A DNA stretch of 64,000 nt, from NCBI GenBank assembly GCA_902578385.1, contig CACHCR010000001.1, positions 62,320-126,319 on the forward strand. Reading direction: 5' to 3'. Position 1 is the first letter of the stretch. Every line of letters starts with the position of its first letter. The notes beneath the pieces are model-generated. The model saw only the letters and a list, made by a program, of their open reading frames with translations, did no database searches and was not told where the DNA came from. The DNA comes from an uncultured Fidelibacterota bacterium (GTDB lineage: Bacteria > Fidelibacterota > Marinisomatia > Marinisomatales > Marinisomataceae). Shown one piece after another: positions 9,168-18,323 of this stretch. Both the position numbers and the translations under genes were made by a program.

Positions 9168-10700
9168 CTAGTGTTTAAAAACCCTAAACCCTGTAAAGGC
9201 CATAGCAATTTTATTTTTATTACAAGACTCTATCACCTCAACATCTCTAATAGATCCGCCCGGCTGAACAATTGCTGCAATTTTATGTCGAGCCATAGCC
9301 TCTATTGAATCTTTAAAGGGAAAAAACGCGTCAGATGCCACCACACACCCTTTTGGTATTTTTGTTTTTTCAAAAGCAATTTTTGTGGCATCAACCCTAC
9401 TTGTTTGTCCGCCAGAAATGCTAATAATTTTGTTGTTTTTAGCCACAACAATAGCATTAGACTTTGTGTGTTTAACAACCTTCCAAGCAAATAAGGCAGT
9501 TGAAATTTGGTTTGGAGTCAATTTTTTCTTTGTTGGAACAACAAGCTGGTTTTTAAGAAGCTTCGAATCGTCACGCTCCTGACCCAGGCTACCACCACCA
9601 ATCGTTTTGATTGAAAAACCCGCAGAGGAGTAGTCTTTTAGGCTCAATACGCGCAAGTTTTTTTTCTTTGAAAATATTTTTAGCGAACCGGCGTCAAAAG
9701 AAGGAGCAACTATAATTTCAAAAAAGACCTTGTTTATTTTTTTTGCAAGACCAACAGTACATTTTTTATTTAATGCAACCACTCCACCAAAAGCCGAAAG
9801 ACTGTCGACAGCAAGGGCTCTAGAGAAAGCCTCAGTAATGTTTTTTCCTACACCAATACCGCACGGCGAGTTATGTTTAATAATAACGCAAGCGGGAGAC
9901 TTTTTAAATTCTGATAAACACTGCAAAGCTGCGTCGCCATCTAGGTAGTTGTTGTAAGAAAGATCCTTGCCTTGAATTTGTTTGGCCTGAGGAATTCCAG
10001 AAGAAAAGCCCGTATCCGCTTTAACCACAAAAGCCTCCTGGTGCGGGTTTTCTCCGTAGCGCAAAGAAATATGTTCATCACCCTTTTCAGATAGCTCATC
10101 AAAAATTGTTTGATCATATTCTGCACAATGACCAAAAGCTTTTTTAGAAAGCTTAAACCTTTTTTTCTCTGAAACACCGCCCAAAGAAAGATCTTTAGAA
10201 AAACTAGAATAGTCTTTAGGGCTTACAACAACACTAACCCATTTAAAGTTTTTAGCAGCAGCACGAATCATTGTTGGCCCACCGATATCAATGTTTTCTA
10301 TCTTGTCATCTAGAGAAGACCCCGGTGTTTTTGCGACCCTTGAAAAGGGATAAAGGTTGCAAACAACTAAATCAATCCAGCAAACACCATGCTCTTCGGC
10401 CTCTTGTTTGTCTTTATCTCTTTGGCCTAAAATGCCACCAGAAATTAAAGGGTTTAGGGTTTTTACTCTTCCGCCAAAAATTTCTGGAAACTTGGTTATG
10501 GTGGATATTTTTTTAACACCTATTCCACCTTTTTTGAGAGCTTTTGCAGTTCCTCCGGTGGCAACAATTTGAACCCCAAATTTTTTTAAAGACCTTGCAA
10601 AAGGTAGTAGCCCCTTTTTGTCAGAAACAGAAATTAAGGCAGTTTTTGGAATTATTTTGTTACCCATCCGCACCAGGAAGTTCTGGACCTTTTTTATCAA
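9168..10700 (-). CDS. purH: Bifunctional AICAR transformylase / IMP cyclohydrolase PurH
   Basis: MGS-like N-terminus ALISVSDKKGL...GGTAKAL and an AICARFT domain. C-terminus is FTGFRVFKH. The real start is probably the internal Met at 10667 (MGNKIIPKTALISVSDKKG). Confidence 0.93.
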   Translation of the reverse strand: MIKKVQNFLVRMGNKIIPKTALISVSDKKGLLPFARSLKKFGVQIVATGGTAKALKKGGIGVKKISTITKFPEIFGGRVKTLNPLISGGILGQRDKDKQEAEEHGVCWIDLVVCNLYPFSRVAKTPGSSLDDKIENIDIGGPTMIRAAAKNFKWVSVVVSPKDYSSFSKDLSLGGVSEKKRFKLSKKAFGHCAEYDQTIFDELSEKGDEHISLRYGENPHQEAFVVKADTGFSSGIPQAKQIQGKDLSYNNYLDGDAALQCLSEFKKSPACVIIKHNSPCGIGVGKNITEAFSRALAVDSLSAFGGVVALNKKCTVGLAKKINKVFFEIIVAPSFDAGSLKIFSKKKNLRVLSLKDYSSAGFSIKTIGGGSLGQERDDSKLLKNQLVVPTKKKLTPNQISTALFAWKVVKHTKSNAIVVAKNNKIISISGGQTSRVDATKIAFEKTKIPKGCVVASDAFFPFKDSIEAMARHKIAAIVQPGGSIRDVEVIESCNKNKIAMAFTGFRVFKH

Positions 10701-11058
10701 TCAGCTTGTCTCTGTATGCAAGAGCAACTAGCGCAACCGCCAAAAGTGCAACAGAGGCTGAAAGATACAACGAATCAATTCCTGTGATCTCTTCAAAAGA
10801 AATGTGTCTTGCAAGCGCAAACATTCCAATATAAAGCGGATAACGAACAGGTATTTTCCCGGTTGAAAAAAAGATGTTTACCATCTGCATAATTTCAAGA
10901 TAAATAAATAACATCAAGACGTTTTGCACCTTAAGGCTGCCGCTGATGAAAACACTATTTATTTCCTCAAAACAAAGAAACATAACCATCCCAAGTATTA
11001 TTAAATGCAACACTCTTTCGATAAGAGTTATTCCGCTAAAAAACATTTTAGTATTCAT
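10660..11058 (-). CDS. PsiE-family (phosphate-starvation-inducible E-like) inner-membrane protein
   Basis: 132 aa, 4 TM. The segment LFIYLEIMQMVNIFFSTGKIPVRYPLYIGMFALARHISF closely parallels E. coli PsiE [39 protein letters not shown] (recalled from memory). It overlaps both neighbours (purN stop, purH start). Confidence 0.6.
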   Translation of the reverse strand: MNTKMFFSGITLIERVLHLIILGMVMFLCFEEINSVFISGSLKVQNVLMLFIYLEIMQMVNIFFSTGKIPVRYPLYIGMFALARHISFEEITGIDSLYLSASVALLAVALVALAYRDKLIDKKGPELPGADG

Positions 11059-11623
11059 TATTACTCCAGTTGTTAATTATCTCAATAAAAGCTTCTCCCT
11101 CGAGCTTTTGCACTCTTTCTTTAAGAGAATCAATAGAGTCATTTTCAAAAACGGGGCAAGATTTTTGCAACAAAATTGGACCCCCATCAACCTCTTTAGT
11201 AACCAGATGAATTGTACACCCAGTCTCTTTGTCGCCAGCATCTAAAACGCTTTTATGAACATCGCTGTTCATGCCCCCAGCATACTTTGGCAGCAACGAA
11301 GGGTGAACATTAACTATTTTGCCAAACCATCTGTCAACAAACTCTGATGAAAGAATTCTCATAAACCCAATAAGCAAAATTAAATCAATTTTTTTATCCT
11401 CTAAAATTTGTGACATTTCAAAATCAAAAACATCACGTTTTTTATTTTTATGACAAATAAAGTGGTTTTCTATTCCATAACCCCTGGCTTTTTTTAGAAT
11501 ACCAGAGGTTTCGTTGTTTGACAGCACAACCTCAACGGTGGCCGAAAGGCCACCAGAGCCAATGGCCTCGACAATAGGAACAAGGTCTGTTCCGTTGGTT
11601 GATCCAATCACGGCCAACCTCAA
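11048..11623 (-). CDS. purN: Phosphoribosylglycinamide formyltransferase PurN
   Basis: 191 aa. Contains the formyltransferase signature NVHPSLLPKYAGG. Confidence 0.9.
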   Translation of the reverse strand: MRLAVIGSTNGTDLVPIVEAIGSGGLSATVEVVLSNNETSGILKKARGYGIENHFICHKNKKRDVFDFEMSQILEDKKIDLILLIGFMRILSSEFVDRWFGKIVNVHPSLLPKYAGGMNSDVHKSVLDAGDKETGCTIHLVTKEVDGGPILLQKSCPVFENDSIDSLKERVQKLEGEAFIEIINNWSNNEY

Positions 11624-12927
11624 CCCAGCAACTCCTTCATTCTTTTGGTTCTAGAGTCAATTAGTTTTTTTGTACCAATATCTTTTCTGTGAAAAAGATT
11701 TCCTGAAATTTTTGATATTTTATCCTCGGCAAAAGATTCAGCTTGTTTAATGTCGCTGCTTTTTCCAACAACGGCGGCTGTTCTAGAGCCACAGGCTATT
11801 AACTTTTTGTCTTTTAACATTACCGATGCAAGAAAAAGTGACGAGTCATTTTGATTACAAACAACCTCAAACCCCCTTGAGGGCTTGTTAGGATAGCCAA
11901 CGGGCACAACATATTTACAGACAGTAGCAAGCCTTTCAAAACAGACTTCTTGTTTTTCTAGAGACCCACCAACTATAGACATGCAAACAGATAAAAAGTC
12001 TGATTTTAATATGGACAATACGTTCATTGCCTCTGGATCTCCAAAGCGAGCATTATATTCAATTACCTTTACCCCGCTCTTGGTTAACATAAAACCACCA
12101 TATAGCACACCAACATAGGGCGTGCCAGTTTCTTTAAAAAGCTGTTTAGCAACAAGCTCGTTAGTTTTCTGAGCATCGCTAATGTTTTTTTTGCTTAAAA
12201 AGGGAAGAGAGTGGTTTTCAAAAGAATAGGTTCCCATTCCACCAGTGTTTGGCCCGGAATCCCCCTCATACGCTCTTTTGTGGTCTTGAACGACGGGCAT
12301 GTGCTTGCAAACCTTTCCATCTACAAAGCTCATCAGTGAAAACTCTTCTCCAACCAGCTTTTCTTCAATTAAAAATTTTCCACCGACCTTAACTATTTCG
12401 CCAACATAATCAAGAGCCTCTTTTATGTCCTTTAAATGTTCACCAGAAACACGAACACCTTTTCCGCCCATGAGACCATCAAACTTTATTACATATTCTC
12501 CCCCCAGCTGTTTTATAAACTCCTCAACACCCTCAGCCGAAGAAAATTCCCTTCTTTTTGGGTTTTTTTCTGGACAACATAGATCAATTATTGTTCTGGC
12601 AAAAGACTTGCTAGCCTCTATCATTGCAACCTCTTTTTTGGGGCCAACACAACGAACACCAACCATCTCAAGCTCGTTAACAACACCGCTAGCAAGAGGG
12701 TTTTCTGGACCAATGATTGCCAAATCAATTTCTTTTTCTTTACTGTAGGCAACAATGCTAGAGACAGCCTCAACATCAGAAACAAAATAGTCTTTACAAA
12801 GCCTACTAATCTGTGGATTTATGTCCTTAGATATACAAAAAATGGAGTTTTCTATTAAGCTTTGTGAAATGCTTCTAACAATTGCAACCTCTCTGGCTCC
12901 CGACCCCAAAACCAAAACATTTTTCAT
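11620..12927 (-). CDS. purD: Phosphoribosylamine-glycine ligase PurD
   Basis: 435 aa. ATP-grasp enzyme with DSGPNTGGMGTY and FGDPE motifs. ATGA overlaps with both purF and purN. Confidence 0.95.
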   Translation of the reverse strand: MKNVLVLGSGAREVAIVRSISQSLIENSIFCISKDINPQISRLCKDYFVSDVEAVSSIVAYSKEKEIDLAIIGPENPLASGVVNELEMVGVRCVGPKKEVAMIEASKSFARTIIDLCCPEKNPKRREFSSAEGVEEFIKQLGGEYVIKFDGLMGGKGVRVSGEHLKDIKEALDYVGEIVKVGGKFLIEEKLVGEEFSLMSFVDGKVCKHMPVVQDHKRAYEGDSGPNTGGMGTYSFENHSLPFLSKKNISDAQKTNELVAKQLFKETGTPYVGVLYGGFMLTKSGVKVIEYNARFGDPEAMNVLSILKSDFLSVCMSIVGGSLEKQEVCFERLATVCKYVVPVGYPNKPSRGFEVVCNQNDSSLFLASVMLKDKKLIACGSRTAAVVGKSSDIKQAESFAEDKISKISGNLFHRKDIGTKKLIDSRTKRMKELLG

Positions 12928-14375
12928 TCTTTAGAAGCGCGGTTATTTTCAAGCTCTGATAAATATTCTTTAGATATTTTGCCTGCACAATATTTACCTG
13001 TAAAAACAGAGTCTTCAAAGCTTGTTATGTTTGGGTTACCTATGTGTGCTGCCATTCTTAGGTCTTCAATGTCTTGGTAGATGAGCTCGTCTGCCCCAAT
13101 AAACAGCTTAATTTCTTCAACAGTTTTTCCATGTGCAACAAGCTCTTTTGTTGCGGGCATATCTATACCATAAACATTTTGGTGGCGCACAGGGGGAGCG
13201 GCAGAAGCAAAATAAACATTTTTTGCTCCCTGTTTTCTCACCATCTCAACTATTTTTTTTGATGTGTTGCCACGAACAATCGAATCATCAACCAACAAAA
13301 CATTTTTATTTTTAAACTCAATTTCTATTGGGCTTAGCTTGTGAGCAACAGACCTTTTTCTAATGCTTTGTCCTGGCATGATAAACGTCCTGCCTATATA
13401 TCTGTTTTTAATGAAGCCTTCCCTATATTTAACACCAAGCTTATGAGCAACCTGCATAGCAGATGTCCTGCTTGTGTCTGGAACAGGTATCACAGCTTCT
13501 ATATTAAGTTGTGAATACTCTTTGAGAATTTTTTCTCCTAGAAAATCCCCCATTCTTAATCTCGATTTATGAACAGATATAGAGTCAATAACAGAGTCAG
13601 GGCGGGAAAAGTATACAAACTCAAAAAGACAAGGGGAGTGAGAAATAGACTCCGCACAAACACCCTTTTCTACAACACCTTCTTCTGATATAATGATGGC
13701 ACTGCCGGGATCAACATCATGTTCAAAGTCGTAGCCCAGGGCGCTTAAAGCAGAGCTTTCTGAGGCAACCATAAAAGAGCCATCACCCTTTTTACCCAAA
13801 ACAAGAGGCCGAATCCCATTTGCGTCTCTAAAGGCTACCAAACCAACACCACCAACAACCATCGTTACGGCAAAACCACCCTCACATCTTTTATAAACCT
13901 CCCTCAGCGCTGCAAAAACATGACTACTTTGTAATACGTCAAACTTTGTTTTTGATAGCTCATATGCAAAAAGATTTAACAACACCTCAGAATCAGACTG
14001 GGTGTTAAACTGACAAAAGTGAGTCTCCAAAAGAAATTTTTTCATTTCGTCGCTGTTGGTAAGCGTTCCGTTGTGTGCTAAACAAATATTTACAGGGTTT
14101 GAAGAGTAAAACGGCTGTGCCTCTGAAACATCTGAGCAGCCAGCGGTGGGATATCTTACGTGGCCAATTCCTACGTTGCCATCCAAACCCAAAGATTCGC
14201 TTGTTTTAAAAACCTCAGTTACAACACCAAGCTCTTTATGAAGGGAAAGTTTTTTGTTATCCCAGGTTGCAATGCCGGCTGCGTCTTGCCCCCTGTGTTG
14301 AACCTGAATTAGAGCGTCATAAATTTCACCAGAAACGTTTTCTGTTGGGTGGTATAGACCAATTATCCCGCACAC
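12924..14375 (-). CDS. purF: Amidophosphoribosyltransferase PurF
   Basis: 483 aa. N-terminal nucleophile MCGIIG and PRTase motif VLLVDDSIVRGNTS. Confidence 0.95.
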   Translation of the reverse strand: MCGIIGLYHPTENVSGEIYDALIQVQHRGQDAAGIATWDNKKLSLHKELGVVTEVFKTSESLGLDGNVGIGHVRYPTAGCSDVSEAQPFYSSNPVNICLAHNGTLTNSDEMKKFLLETHFCQFNTQSDSEVLLNLFAYELSKTKFDVLQSSHVFAALREVYKRCEGGFAVTMVVGGVGLVAFRDANGIRPLVLGKKGDGSFMVASESSALSALGYDFEHDVDPGSAIIISEEGVVEKGVCAESISHSPCLFEFVYFSRPDSVIDSISVHKSRLRMGDFLGEKILKEYSQLNIEAVIPVPDTSRTSAMQVAHKLGVKYREGFIKNRYIGRTFIMPGQSIRKRSVAHKLSPIEIEFKNKNVLLVDDSIVRGNTSKKIVEMVRKQGAKNVYFASAAPPVRHQNVYGIDMPATKELVAHGKTVEEIKLFIGADELIYQDIEDLRMAAHIGNPNITSFEDSVFTGKYCAGKISKEYLSELENNRASKE

Positions 14376-14376
14376 C

Positions 14377-15768
14377 TTACAGCTCCTCCAAAATTTTATT
14401 TATTTCGCCGAGGTATGTATGGGGAGTTAATTCAAGAAGTGCTTTTTTATCTTTTTCAGCAATGTTAAGACCGTCAACCAGCCGTAGATAGGATTTTTTT
14501 GTTAATGGTTTGCCCCTTGTTAGCTTTTTGATCTTGTCATAGGCGGACACGTCACCAGATTTTCTTAAAATTGTTTGTATGGCTTCTGCAAGAATGCTCC
14601 AGCTTTCATCCAACTCTTTTTTCATCTGTGCCTTGTTTGGAGAAACTCTCAAAACCCCCCTAGCAAGGTTCTTATATGAAAGGAGAGAGTGAGCAAAGCC
14701 AACACCAATGTTTCTAAAAACAGTGCTACCGCTTAAATCCCTTTGAAGCCGCGACTTCGTAATTCTAGATGCCAAAAAAGAAAAGTTGTTGTTTGCTATA
14801 TCTAGATTTCCTTCAGCGTTTTCAAAAAAGATCGGATTAATTTTGTGGGGCATTGTGCTTGAGCCGACTTCACCAACCACGTTTTTTTGAACAAAAATAC
14901 CTCTACTTATATATAGCCACATATCTACAGAAAAATCAGAAAATATATTATTAATTCTCACAAAAGAGTGCAACAGTTCAGCAAGAGAGTCCCCGGATTC
15001 AACTTGTGTAGAAACTGGTGATTGTGTGAGGCCCAGTTTTTTTATAAACCTTTTTGAAAATGCCGACCAGTTAAAGCTTGGGAAAGCAACCTTGTGAGCC
15101 GCATAAGATCCTGTTGCTCCAGAAAGTTTCGCAAGGAGCTTTGTTTTTTTTACTAAAACAAGCTCTCTTTCTACCCTAGATATAAAAATAGCAACCTCTT
15201 TTCCAAGGGTTGTAGTGGTGGCAGGCTGTCCGTGCGTAAGTGACAGTAAAGATAAAGATTTTGTTTTTCTTGAAAGCGCTCTAAGCTCTTTAAGAACGCC
15301 TTTTATTGAAGGAACTATTATATTTTCGACAGCCCCCTTTGTCATTAAAGAGTATGCTGTATTGTTAATATCTTCTGATGTAAGGCCAAGGTGTACAAGT
15401 GGCACCAAATCATTTCGGCCTGCCCTTTTTAGTTTTTCTGATATAAAGACCACCACAGCATTTACGTCGTGATTGGTTTTTTCTTCAATTTTTTTTATTT
15501 GTTTAAAGTCTTTTGCTGAAAACTCAGCATATAGGTTTTTTAAGGAGGTTAAAGCCTTTTTGCTTAAGCTGCGGGTTTTGTGAAGGGGTTTGCAATCGAC
15601 CAAGGCCAAGAGGTATTTTACTTCAACCATTACGCGATAGCGCATTAGTGCCTGCTCTGAAAAATATGCTTCTAATTCAGAGACGTTTTGTTTATATCTC
15701 CCGTCGATTGGAGAAATACTGCTCACATTGAACCGACGTTTAGTATTCTGTGTACTGCAATAGCACAA
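14377..15768 (-). CDS. purB: Adenylosuccinate lyase PurB
   Basis: Fumarate-lyase signature GSSTMPHKINP. The ORF-track start (15768) overlaps purE by 46 nt. A GTG at 15726..15724 overlapping the purE TGA (GTGA) gives VSSISPIDGRY..., the usual PurB N-terminus, and is the more likely start. Confidence 0.9.
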   Translation of the reverse strand: MCYCSTQNTKRRFNVSSISPIDGRYKQNVSELEAYFSEQALMRYRVMVEVKYLLALVDCKPLHKTRSLSKKALTSLKNLYAEFSAKDFKQIKKIEEKTNHDVNAVVVFISEKLKRAGRNDLVPLVHLGLTSEDINNTAYSLMTKGAVENIIVPSIKGVLKELRALSRKTKSLSLLSLTHGQPATTTTLGKEVAIFISRVERELVLVKKTKLLAKLSGATGSYAAHKVAFPSFNWSAFSKRFIKKLGLTQSPVSTQVESGDSLAELLHSFVRINNIFSDFSVDMWLYISRGIFVQKNVVGEVGSSTMPHKINPIFFENAEGNLDIANNNFSFLASRITKSRLQRDLSGSTVFRNIGVGFAHSLLSYKNLARGVLRVSPNKAQMKKELDESWSILAEAIQTILRKSGDVSAYDKIKKLTRGKPLTKKSYLRLVDGLNIAEKDKKALLELTPHTYLGEINKILEEL

Positions 15769-16118
15769 TTCCCAGGATCTAACACAGTAAGAACAGGAGT
15801 CTTGCTTGGCATCTGAAGCGTTGAATGTATGTTAACGCTCATATCAACCTTGTCTTTGAAAGGGGGACAGGCGATTGTTGGTTTGTTGCAGTTAGCACCA
15901 ACAAATCCAGAAAGAGCGTTTGACCTTCCAGCAATTGTAACAAACACAACAGCGTCTTTTTCTCCAAAAGACCTAATAATTTCTAGAACCCTTTCAGGGT
16001 TTTTGTGGGCAGATGCAGCATGAACCTCATGTTCAACACCAAGAGTGTCAAGAACACCGGTGATTTTATCTGCGTGAGGCTGGTCGGACGTTGAGCCCAT
16101 GATTAGTACAGCTTTCAT
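15723..16118 (-). CDS. purE: Class II PurE-type AIR carboxylase (CO2-dependent, PurK-independent type)
   Basis: 131 aa. It has GSTSD, SAHK (class I enzymes have SAHR) and IAGRSNALSGFVGANCNKPTIACPP. The last parallels the animal PAICS AIRc segment [25 protein letters not shown], not the class I AGGAAHLPG pattern. Signatures are recalled from memory. Confidence 0.85.
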   Translation of the reverse strand: MKAVLIMGSTSDQPHADKITGVLDTLGVEHEVHAASAHKNPERVLEIIRSFGEKDAVVFVTIAGRSNALSGFVGANCNKPTIACPPFKDKVDMSVNIHSTLQMPSKTPVLTVLDPGNCAIAVHRILNVGSM

Positions 16119-17116
16119 AATAATTCCTTTATGTTTTGAGTAATGCGTTTATTAATGTTGTCGAGGTTGGGAAAGACAAACTTTTCTCCCGTAATTAGCT
16201 CATATAATAAAATATATCTTGCTGAAAGTTCAGCAACAAGCTCGTCCGGAGCGTCAGGTAAAACCTCGTCATTGTAAGGATCACAGTTTTTTGCGAACCA
16301 AAGCCTTAAGAATTCTTTATCAATATTTTCAGGCTCTTGTCCATTCTTAATTCTGTCCTTATAAGAGCCGCTAATCCAAAATCTGCTTGAGTCAGGGGTG
16401 TGTATTTCGTCAACAAACTTAATTTTACCAGAAGAGTCTTTACCAATTTCATATTTAGTGTCTACAAGAATTAATCCATTTTTCTCTGCAGTTTTTTGAC
16501 CAAAAGAAAAGAGGTCTAGGCTCATTTTTGCAGCAAAATCATAATCTTCAGCCGTCATAAGACCAAGCTCGATAATCTCTTCTCTAGACACCGGACGATC
16601 ATGCACCTTGTCTTTGGTGGTTGGGGTCAGCATTGGTACATCAAGCTTATCGTTTTTTGTTAAACCCTCAGGAAGAATGTTTCCGCAATATTCGCGATCA
16701 CCCTTATTATATACTGTCCAAAGAGAGGTGTCAGTTGTCCCGGTAATATATCCCCTAACCACAAACTCAACAGGAAACACATCACACTTTTCTACAATTG
16801 AAACGTTTGGGTCAGGTGTTGATATTAGATGGTTTGGAAAAAGGTGTTCTGTTTGTTTGAACCACCAAGCGCTAACAGAGTTTAAGACTGCCCCCTTGTA
16901 TGGAATTGCAGCTAAAACACGATCAAAAGCGCTTTGTCTGTCGGTAGAAATCATAATAACCTTCTCGTTTAAAAAATAGGCGTCCCTTACTTTTCCGACT
17001 TTTTTATTTGGGGCGTCAATATTGGTGTCCTGAATGGTATTAGTCAGGTTCTGGTTAATTTCCTGATAATATTTTTTGTCAATATTCATGACATTTTTGT
17101 GAAACGGGATTAGCAA
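16115..17116 (-). CDS. purC: SAICAR synthetase PurC (long, ~320-aa type)
   Basis: Motifs GKVRDAY, STDRQSAFD and ILVDTKYEIG. The likely true start is the ATG at 17089 (MNIDKKYYQ...). ATGA overlap with purE. Confidence 0.9.
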   Translation of the reverse strand: MLIPFHKNVMNIDKKYYQEINQNLTNTIQDTNIDAPNKKVGKVRDAYFLNEKVIMISTDRQSAFDRVLAAIPYKGAVLNSVSAWWFKQTEHLFPNHLISTPDPNVSIVEKCDVFPVEFVVRGYITGTTDTSLWTVYNKGDREYCGNILPEGLTKNDKLDVPMLTPTTKDKVHDRPVSREEIIELGLMTAEDYDFAAKMSLDLFSFGQKTAEKNGLILVDTKYEIGKDSSGKIKFVDEIHTPDSSRFWISGSYKDRIKNGQEPENIDKEFLRLWFAKNCDPYNDEVLPDAPDELVAELSARYILLYELITGEKFVFPNLDNINKRITQNIKELL

Positions 17117-18323
17117 AAATATGACTATTTAAAATTAAATCCACATCTTTTTTTCTGGAACCTGAATTAATTTTTATTTCCCAAACAACGCTTCTTTGAA
17201 CTGAATTTAAACCTGTAAAATTAAAACGATCGCGCAACGTTTGTGTTATACTTTGACCATGAATATCATCATTGTTTCTAACCAGAAACCTGTCAACACC
17301 ACTGCTTTCACCTATTTTGGTCATATATTCTTTGCTGGGATTAAACAAGACATCTGTTGCAAGAAGACTGTTAAGGTCTATGTCGCCATCAATTTCAAAA
17401 TGAACATATTTTTTTATTTTAGCATCAATTCCAAGCCCATTAATGCATTTTTCAACAGAGCCTGCTTCATTATCTGCGATAATTGTTGAAATAAGAATCT
17501 CTGTTTTGTTTTTATTTTTTTCAAACCTTTGAACCCTTGTTTTTTTAGACTCAAACCTTAGGGCTTTATAGCTAAAAGGCTTGTCGGACTCAATATATTT
17601 CTTCATACTTGAAAAAATATCTCCAGCTTCGTTGTTTAGGGTTCGTTCGGGATGGGGCATCATTGCCATTACATTACCAGACGGGTTGCTTAGTGCGGCC
17701 GCAGAAAACAAAGACCCGTTAGGGTTTGTGGGGAAGTCTTTAGAAAGCAGCCCGCTGCTATCACAATACTGATATGTTATTAAGTTGTTGTGTAATATTT
17801 CTTTTTCAACATCTTTATCAAAAACAAAGCGCCCTTCGGCATGTGCTATTGGTACGCGCAAAGGCTTACCGCCTTTTTTAGCAAATGCAGAGAGCGAGTC
17901 TTCATTAGGTTTTATGTAACACCACTTGTTGTAATAGCCGGTTCCAACAATTCTATTTCCAACTACCCTTTTGTTGTCTGCTAAAGAAACCAGGGTGTTA
18001 AAATTCTCATTACCCGGAACCAGCCCCGACTCTACTAAAATTTGAGCCCCATTACAAATGCCCAAAACTGGCTTGCCCAGCAAAGACTGTTTTTTGACCT
18101 CTTGCATAACCGGTTCAAGGGATGCAATTATTCCTGACCTAGATCTATCCTCAAAGGAAAAGCCACCAAGAATAATATATCCAGCATAATTTTTTAACAT
18201 GTCAGGGGGGTCGTTCCAAAAATGTCCGAAAGGCTCAAAACCATGCTTTTTCAACATGTTTATAGTTTCATTTTCTGTATTAGACCCAGGAAACTGAATA
18301 AAGGCTATTTTTTTACTGCTCAC
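17079..18323 (-). CDS. purQ: FGAM synthase glutaminase PurQ fused to two C-terminal PurS-like repeats
   Basis: 414 aa. Residues 1-~240 are PurQ (catalytic GICNGAQIL, MMPHPERTL). The remaining ~170 aa contain two segments with the PurS pattern, ending ...DVLFNPSKEY and ...HIFANPVSQKCHEY (compare B. subtilis PurS ...LLANTVIEDYRYEV). Confidence 0.8.
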   Translation of the reverse strand: MSSKKIAFIQFPGSNTENETINMLKKHGFEPFGHFWNDPPDMLKNYAGYIILGGFSFEDRSRSGIIASLEPVMQEVKKQSLLGKPVLGICNGAQILVESGLVPGNENFNTLVSLADNKRVVGNRIVGTGYYNKWCYIKPNEDSLSAFAKKGGKPLRVPIAHAEGRFVFDKDVEKEILHNNLITYQYCDSSGLLSKDFPTNPNGSLFSAAALSNPSGNVMAMMPHPERTLNNEAGDIFSSMKKYIESDKPFSYKALRFESKKTRVQRFEKNKNKTEILISTIIADNEAGSVEKCINGLGIDAKIKKYVHFEIDGDIDLNSLLATDVLFNPSKEYMTKIGESSGVDRFLVRNNDDIHGQSITQTLRDRFNFTGLNSVQRSVVWEIKINSGSRKKDVDLILNSHIFANPVSQKCHEY

